This document shows, one piece after another, positions 58,413 to 64,000 of a stretch of 64,000 bases of DNA. A model generated the notes under the pieces. That model was not told where the DNA came from, ran no database searches, and worked only from the letters and a program-made list of their open reading frames with translations. Source of the stretch: Candidatus Latescibacterota bacterium (GTDB lineage Bacteria; Latescibacterota; UBA2968); NCBI GenBank assembly GCA_965204375.1, contig OZ241986.1, forward strand, positions 2,368,001 through 2,432,000, in the 5' to 3' direction. The position numbers and the translations under genes are program-made. How positions within the stretch are numbered: position 1 is the first letter of the stretch; each line of letters opens with the position of its first letter.

Positions 58413-59720
58413 ATGTCAGACCTGCAGGGTGACACGAGTTGGTTTACACATGATCGATTTGGATTGTTCATCCACTGGGGATTGTACGCACTGCCCGCAC
58501 GGCACGAGTGGGTAAAGCAGCGAGAAGAAATACCCGACGCGCAATACGACCAGTATCTGAAATACTTTGATCCGGATTTGTACGACCCCGAAGCGTGGGC
58601 AGATGCGGCAGCCAACGCGGGCATGAAGTATTTTTGTGTCACCACCAAACACCACGAAGGCTTCGCGCTGTGGGACTCCAAACTGACGGAATACAAAGCG
58701 ACCAATACACCCGCGCGCAGGGATTTGTTAAAACCCATGGTAGAAGCGTTTCGATCCCGGGGGATGAAGGTCGGTTTTTACCATTCCCTGATCGACTGGC
58801 ACCATCCGCATTTCAGAATTGACGCCATTCACAGCATGCGGAACCATCCCGATAAGGACAAACTGAATGAGCCGCGCGATCAGGCCCAATACGCGGCGTA
58901 TTTGCGCGGCCAAGTCCGCGAGTTGCTCACCGAATACGGCAAAGTGGATATGCTATTTTACGATTTCAGCTATCCGGCTGGCGCAAGGGGCAGACCCGAG
59001 GGTTTTGACGGCAAGGGACGAGATGATTGGAACAGCATCGAACTAATGAAAATGACGCGCGAGTTGCAGCCGGGTATTGTGATTAACGACCGACTGGATC
59101 TCGACGATGTGGAAGGTGGATGGGATTATCGCACACCCGAACAATTTATGCCGCGCGAGTGGGTCACCTATCAAGGCGAACGCGTGTTGTGGGAGACCTG
59201 TCAAACATTTTCGGGGTCGTGGGGTTATCACCGCGATGAAACAAGTTGGAAGAGCACCGAGCAACTGGTGCAAATGCTGGTCGGCGTGGTAAGCCGCGGA
59301 GGCAATTTATTGCTCAATGTCGGACCGACCGGGCGCGGAGTATTTGACGATCGCGCATTGAATTGCCTGAGCGGAATGGGCGAATGGATGAAATGGCACA
59401 GCCGATCCATTTACGGATGTACTGCCGCGCCAGAGGAATTTCAGACGCCAGAGGATTGCCGCTTGACCTATAATCCCGAGACCAATCGAATGTACGTACA
59501 CCTGTTCACCTATCCATTTCGCCATCTGCATCTCGACGGATTTGCCGGCAAGGTAGAATACGCCCAGTTATTAAACGATGCGTCAGAAGTGCAATTCCAC
59601 CAACCCCGCGCTGGACACACGGGAGATAGCAGTCTCGAAAGAGAAACCCTGACACTGGAATTACCCGTACAAAAACCCAATGTTACAGTACCTGTGGTCG
59701 AGTTATTTCTAAAGGAGTAA
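58413..59720 (+). CDS. Alpha-L-fucosidase (GH29), no signal peptide
   Basis: RFGLFIHWG, TTKHHEGF.LW, LFYD, INDR, WETC, GGNLLLNVGP. Confidence 0.96.
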   Translation: MSDLQGDTSWFTHDRFGLFIHWGLYALPARHEWVKQREEIPDAQYDQYLKYFDPDLYDPEAWADAAANAGMKYFCVTTKHHEGFALWDSKLTEYKATNTPARRDLLKPMVEAFRSRGMKVGFYHSLIDWHHPHFRIDAIHSMRNHPDKDKLNEPRDQAQYAAYLRGQVRELLTEYGKVDMLFYDFSYPAGARGRPEGFDGKGRDDWNSIELMKMTRELQPGIVINDRLDLDDVEGGWDYRTPEQFMPREWVTYQGERVLWETCQTFSGSWGYHRDETSWKSTEQLVQMLVGVVSRGGNLLLNVGPTGRGVFDDRALNCLSGMGEWMKWHSRSIYGCTAAPEEFQTPEDCRLTYNPETNRMYVHLFTYPFRHLHLDGFAGKVEYAQLLNDASEVQFHQPRAGHTGDSSLERETLTLELPVQKPNVTVPVVELFLKE

Positions 59721-59723
59721 AAA

Positions 59724-60431
59724 ATGACAATGACTGAAACGGACTTGCGAAAACTCAATGCCGACGAGTTGGCGATCTATCGCGAACAGGGCTATGTGAT
59801 TGTGCCAGATATCTTTCCGCTGGAGGAACTCGCGGAAATCGACCGCGAGATCGACCGACTTCAGGACGCACAAAGAAATACGGGACGCAACAAGGGATGG
59901 ATCATGCAGTTGGGATTGCGCTCAGAAATAACCCGTCAATTTGTACAGGATGAGCGGGTATTGACACTGATCGAAGATATAGTAAACCCCGGCATCTCAA
60001 TTTATTCAGCCAAATTGACAGCAAAAGTGCCGCATTCCAATGACATCTGTCACTGGCATCAGGACAATGCGTATTACAACACCCGCGTCCTGAGCAAAAC
60101 GCGCATGTCCACCTGGATACCGCTACAGGATGCGGATGAGACAAATGGGTGTTTGTGGGTGGTGCCACAAAGCCACAAGGGCGGCGTGGTCACGCATGGG
60201 CCATTTGGCGGACAATGCCCAAAGTGTATGGGCCCAGCCGATCTCATGTTCGACGATGCAATTCCCTGTCCTGTAAAAGCCGGAGATATCCTTTTATTCC
60301 ACGCCTGTTTGTGGCATCATTCCAAAGGCAACCAGACAGACCATGTGCGGCGGGCGTTTATCGTCTCGTATCAAGAAGCTACCGTCCCGCGTGGCAATGG
60401 CGATCAGTATAAAATTTTGAGACCAGCTTAG
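59724..60431 (+). CDS. PhyH family dioxygenase
   Basis: WHQD, NGCLWVVPQSH, WHHSKGN...RRA. Confidence 0.92.
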   Translation: MTMTETDLRKLNADELAIYREQGYVIVPDIFPLEELAEIDREIDRLQDAQRNTGRNKGWIMQLGLRSEITRQFVQDERVLTLIEDIVNPGISIYSAKLTAKVPHSNDICHWHQDNAYYNTRVLSKTRMSTWIPLQDADETNGCLWVVPQSHKGGVVTHGPFGGQCPKCMGPADLMFDDAIPCPVKAGDILLFHACLWHHSKGNQTDHVRRAFIVSYQEATVPRGNGDQYKILRPA

Positions 60432-60555
60432 AACAATACTTCGGACAGTTTTTTTTAAAGGTTACAAAAAATCATAGACAAAAAAGTGCCGTTCACGCAG
60501 ATTGGATGTCAAAGATATCCAAATCAACGACAATCCAAACAAGTGAGACGGCACA

Positions 60556-61824
60556 ATGGAACTGGCAGAAAAGATACTCAATCGGATAAACTTATGCAAA
60601 CCCCAAAAAAAGTTTCTCATCACGCTTTTTACTACCATACTCATTGCACGAGGCAAAATCAATTTTCGCAACCTTTCACGTTATTCCCATTACAGTGAGC
60701 GCACATACGCACGCCAATTTGACAAATCCTTTAACTTTATGGCGTTCAACCGTGCCATCATCAATGACTGTATAGATCAAGATCAAGATCAAGACCAAAA
60801 TCAAGATCAAGACCAAGACCAAGCACCTGCGCGTATCCTGGCCTTAGATGCCTCTTTTATCCCCAAATCTGGGAACAAAACTTATGGCTTAGACTACTTT
60901 TTCAATGGCTGTCATTGCAAAACAGAAAAGGGCTTAGAAATCAGTGGGGTGGCACTTGTTGATGTGGAAGAAAACACAGCCTATCCTCTTTCGGTTCGAC
61001 AAACCGCCCCTATCTCTGAGACTGAAAACAGCCAACAAGGTGATGGTGATAGTGATGGTGAAAACCGTATTGACCAGTATTTACAACACTTACGAGAGAT
61101 AACACCTTACCTCAACGCGGATGAAACCTATCTGTGTGTGGATGGCTTCTTCTCGAAGAAGAAATTTATTGATGGCGTGACCTCCCGCCACCTCCACCAA
61201 ATTGGCAGATTGCGATACGATGCCAACATGCGCTATCTTTATACAGGCCCCAAAAGGGAGAAAGGCTCTGGCAATCAGAAAACATACGACGGCAAAGTTG
61301 ATTGGCAGGACTTATCGCGCTTTACCTATCACCACACACAAGACGGCATTGCCTTGTATAGCCAGATACTCAATCACCAATGCTTTAAAAGAAATCTCAA
61401 AGTCGTTGTCCTACTCAATGAGAAGATCAAGAGCAAGAAAAATTATGTCCTCTTGTTTTCTACCGATCCGCATTTAGAGGCCCAAAGCGTGGTCACCTAT
61501 TACAAAGCACGCTTCCAGATTGAATTTATTTTTCGTGATGCCAAACAATTTACTGGCCTATCCGATGCGCAAACCCGGGATCAAAAACGCCTCGACTTCC
61601 ATTTTAATGCGTCCTTGACAACGCTGAATCTATCCAAAGCAGAGCACTTGAAAACCCAGTCAGATACCCCGACAAAGCCTTTTTCGATGACCAGCATAAA
61701 AGCCTGTTATTTCAACACTTTTTTCCTTGAAAAGTTTTTTTCAATGTTTGATCTTGACCCTAAGCACATAAAAAAATCACCCAAATACAAATATCTTATC
61801 AATTATGGCAATATTGCCGCTTAA
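60556..61824 (+). CDS. DDE transposase
   Basis: LALDASFIPKSG, VDGFF, YYKARFQIEFIFRDAKQFTGL. Confidence 0.93.
   Translation: MELAEKILNRINLCKPQKKFLITLFTTILIARGKINFRNLSRYSHYSERTYARQFDKSFNFMAFNRAIINDCIDQDQDQDQNQDQDQDQAPARILALDASFIPKSGNKTYGLDYFFNGCHCKTEKGLEISGVALVDVEENTAYPLSVRQTAPISETENSQQGDGDSDGENRIDQYLQHLREITPYLNADETYLCVDGFFSKKKFIDGVTSRHLHQIGRLRYDANMRYLYTGPKREKGSGNQKTYDGKVDWQDLSRFTYHHTQDGIALYSQILNHQCFKRNLKVVVLLNEKIKSKKNYVLLFSTDPHLEAQSVVTYYKARFQIEFIFRDAKQFTGLSDAQTRDQKRLDFHFNASLTTLNLSKAEHLKTQSDTPTKPFSMTSIKACYFNTFFLEKFFSMFDLDPKHIKKSPKYKYLINYGNIAA
60775..60822 (+). repeat. In-frame hexamer array (GAYCAA)x8 encoding a DQ repeat in the transposase
   Basis: DQDQDQDQNQDQDQDQ. Confidence 0.9.
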
Positions 61825-61855
61825 TTCTGTCCGAACCATTGCTTAGAACTGAGCT

Positions 61856-64000
61856 ATGACTCGCCTTCACACCTCAATCCGCGTCTTATCCTTCCTTTTC
61901 TTGTGCGCTACCCTATTGCACGCACCCACATGGGCGCAATCTCAGGCAACCACCGGTGTTATCCGCGGCTTTGTATGGGACCAGTTCGACAACCCCATAA
62001 GCAACGCCACCATCGCCCTCAAAGAAACCAGCACCAATTACCAGCGAACCCTCACATCATCCGATCTCGGGCAGTTCACCGCGACCCTGTTGCCCCTGGG
62101 TTTTTACGACATAACAGTACAGGCGGCGGGACAGGCAGAAGTGCGCCAAACAGGGGTACAGGTGCGGGTTGGCGAGACAGTGGAACTCGTCATTAAAATG
62201 GCATTGCAAATGGACGAGGTCCTCATCGAAGCGACGAGACCCACCGTTGACATTGCCCAGAGCGAAACAGCCACGCGCCTGCCCGAAGCAGCCGTGCAGG
62301 ACTTGCCCAACAACGGGCGCAATTTCCTCAACCTCACGCTGTTGACCCCGGGCGTTAGCATCGTGCAAGGACCTGACGGCGACGAATTGACCATTGCCGG
62401 TCAGCGCGGCATACACAACAACATCTCGGTAGATGGCGCGGATTTCAACAACCCCTTCTTCGGCGAACAGCGCGGCGGACAGCGCCCCGCCTTCACCTTT
62501 AATTTGAACGCAGTAGCGGAAATGGTGGTTGTACCTCAGGGCGCCAATGCCGAATTTGGACGCTCCAGCGGCGGCTTTGTCAATGTCATCACCAAATCGG
62601 GCACCAACCAATTCCACGGCTCCGTGCATTTTTTTGGCAAACACGACGCCCTGTCCAGCACAGTTAGGCACAACGGGATAGAACGCACGCCCAATTTCAA
62701 ACAGGGGCAATTCGGCTTCACCCTGGGGGGTCCGCTAAAAAAGGACAGGGCATTTTTCTTTGCAGCGTACGACCAGCAGATTTTTAGAGATACGAAACAG
62801 AACAATATCGAACGCGGAGATGCCCGCCTGCGCCGCTTCATGGCCTCCGCGTTCAACCTATCCGACGACTACGGTGCCATAGACCGCACCAACGATGCCC
62901 GCGCTTTTCTGCTCAAAATCGATTATCACTTGTCGGAGGAACACTCCGCCACCTTCAAATACAATTACACCTGGTCCGAACAGGAAAACGGCACCTTTGA
63001 TGTTGACTCCTGGGCGCGCAGCGCCAATGCGATTGAAAGGGACTGGTCACACGCCTTCAACGGCAGTTTGATCTCACTTCTATCTACCAGCACGGTTAAC
63101 GAATTCCGTTTCCAAATCGCCCGCGAAGATCGTCCCCGCCCCTACGGCGGACCGCACAACCCCAACACCGGGCGCCCCTTTCCCGACACGGGCATGGATT
63201 TTCTACACGGCTATCGCTTTGGCATGCCCTTCTTCATCCCGGTCGAATACTACGACACACGCATCCAGCTACTCAACAATATCTCCATAAGCAAAGGCGA
63301 TCATCTAATCAAAGCCGGGATCGAATGGAACCGCGTCGAATCCGTACAAACCTTTATCGGTTTTGCCAATGGGCGTTACATCTTCAATTCCGTGGATGGC
63401 TTTCTCAACTTCGTCGAACAGGGCAATACCTATGTCGAATGCTCCGACGGCAGCACCAGCACCACCGGGACCTGTCCCGACGGAACGGAAATTACCGGAC
63501 CTGTCCTCATTTACTTGCAGCAGTCCGGCGTCGGCGGCCTGAGCGTGGAAGAAGCTGGCACCCAGAATATTCCCCAGCACGAATTGGCTCTGTTTGTACA
63601 GGACAGTTGGCAACCCTCAAACAAGCTCACACTCAATTACGGTTTGCGCTGGGAGGCGCAGATCCAGCCCGATGTGATCACCGATCCAGACGAGGTCTTC
63701 TTCGCCGACTTCATTGGTAAAACTGTCACCAATCAGACAGGTACATACTCATTCCCCTCCAATGGCAAAATCCCCTCTGCCTGGGATATGTTTCAGCCTC
63801 GGTTGGGCATAGCTTACGATGTACACGGCGACAACAAAATCCTGTTGCGAGGCAGCGCGGGGATCTACTACGCCCGCATCCCGGGCTTGAACCTGGCGAG
63901 TACCCGCTCAACCAATGGCTCGCGCGGACAATCCATCTTTCGCTCCAGCGCACTGACGCCCATTTTGGGCCCGCCCCCGACCTATGGTGAATTATTGCCC
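61856..64000 (+). CDS. TonB-dependent receptor, Oar-like, with carboxypeptidase-regulatory N-domain (runs off window)
   Basis: Not in ORF track. Signal peptide ..PTWAQ, TTGVIRG, LPNNGRNFLNL, AEFGRSSGGFVNVITKSGTN, LFVQDSW, FQPRLG; these motifs were checked to share one frame. Confidence 0.92.
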   Translation, partial: MTRLHTSIRVLSFLFLCATLLHAPTWAQSQATTGVIRGFVWDQFDNPISNATIALKETSTNYQRTLTSSDLGQFTATLLPLGFYDITVQAAGQAEVRQTGVQVRVGETVELVIKMALQMDEVLIEATRPTVDIAQSETATRLPEAAVQDLPNNGRNFLNLTLLTPGVSIVQGPDGDELTIAGQRGIHNNISVDGADFNNPFFGEQRGGQRPAFTFNLNAVAEMVVVPQGANAEFGRSSGGFVNVITKSGTNQFHGSVHFFGKHDALSSTVRHNGIERTPNFKQGQFGFTLGGPLKKDRAFFFAAYDQQIFRDTKQNNIERGDARLRRFMASAFNLSDDYGAIDRTNDARAFLLKIDYHLSEEHSATFKYNYTWSEQENGTFDVDSWARSANAIERDWSHAFNGSLISLLSTSTVNEFRFQIAREDRPRPYGGPHNPNTGRPFPDTGMDFLHGYRFGMPFFIPVEYYDTRIQLLNNISISKGDHLIKAGIEWNRVESVQTFIGFANGRYIFNSVDGFLNFVEQGNTYVECSDGSTSTTGTCPDGTEITGPVLIYLQQSGVGGLSVEEAGTQNIPQHELALFVQDSWQPSNKLTLNYGLRWEAQIQPDVITDPDEVFFADFIGKTVTNQTGTYSFPSNGKIPSAWDMFQPRLGIAYDVHGDNKILLRGSAGIYYARIPGLNLASTRSTNGSRGQSIFRSSALTPILGPPPTYGELLP

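Larger units (their letters stand above)
60434..61841 (+). mobile_element. Insertion sequence, 1408 bp, DDE type (IS701/IS4-like)
   Basis: Left end CAATACTTCGGACAG (60434-60448), right end CTGTCCGAACCATTG (61827-61841), 13/15 match as inverted repeats; CTTAGAA duplicated at 60427-60433 and 61842-61848. Confidence 0.93.

Noticed and set aside
61903-63953. Short ORFs on both strands near the right end
   Set aside because: Alternative frames or antisense of the TonB-dependent receptor that runs off the window.

Overview
Bacterial chromosomal window with no rRNA, CRISPR array or prophage. The gene content (three PhyH dioxygenases, sulfatase, GH29 fucosidase, Gfo/Idh/MocA enzymes, a Calx-beta adhesin, a dockerin/EF-hand-like DFDGNGxVDFxDF protein, an Oar-like TonB receptor) resembles marine host-associated FCB-group bacteria such as Latescibacterota- or Gemmatimonadota-like sponge symbionts; this taxonomy is inference only. 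Left to right: (1) a Calx-beta surface protein with a consensus sigma-54 promoter, three 17-bp enhancer-like palindromes and a C13 tract, divergent from a PAS histidine kinase and a sigma-54 activator; (2) tRNA-Leu and tRNA-Cys; (3) a ~14 kb TPR-peptidase/DUF4159/MoxR/DUF58/vWA operon interrupted by an antitoxin and a 10-codon toxin stub; (4) metabolic genes, tRNA-Leu(CAG) and a Co-type nitrile hydratase operon; (5) an AT-richer M16 peptidase pair; (6) a fucosidase/TonB receptor locus carrying a two-gene toxin/immunity-like insert and a 1408-bp IS with terminal inverted repeats and a 7-bp target duplication. The strongest non-coding signal is a family of modular intergenic elements: 7-, 8-, 9- and 10-bp tandem arrays, several arranged around a shared GTTGGGYGG-like core, sitting at or on stop codons. 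Product calls rest on motif recognition by eye, without database searches.
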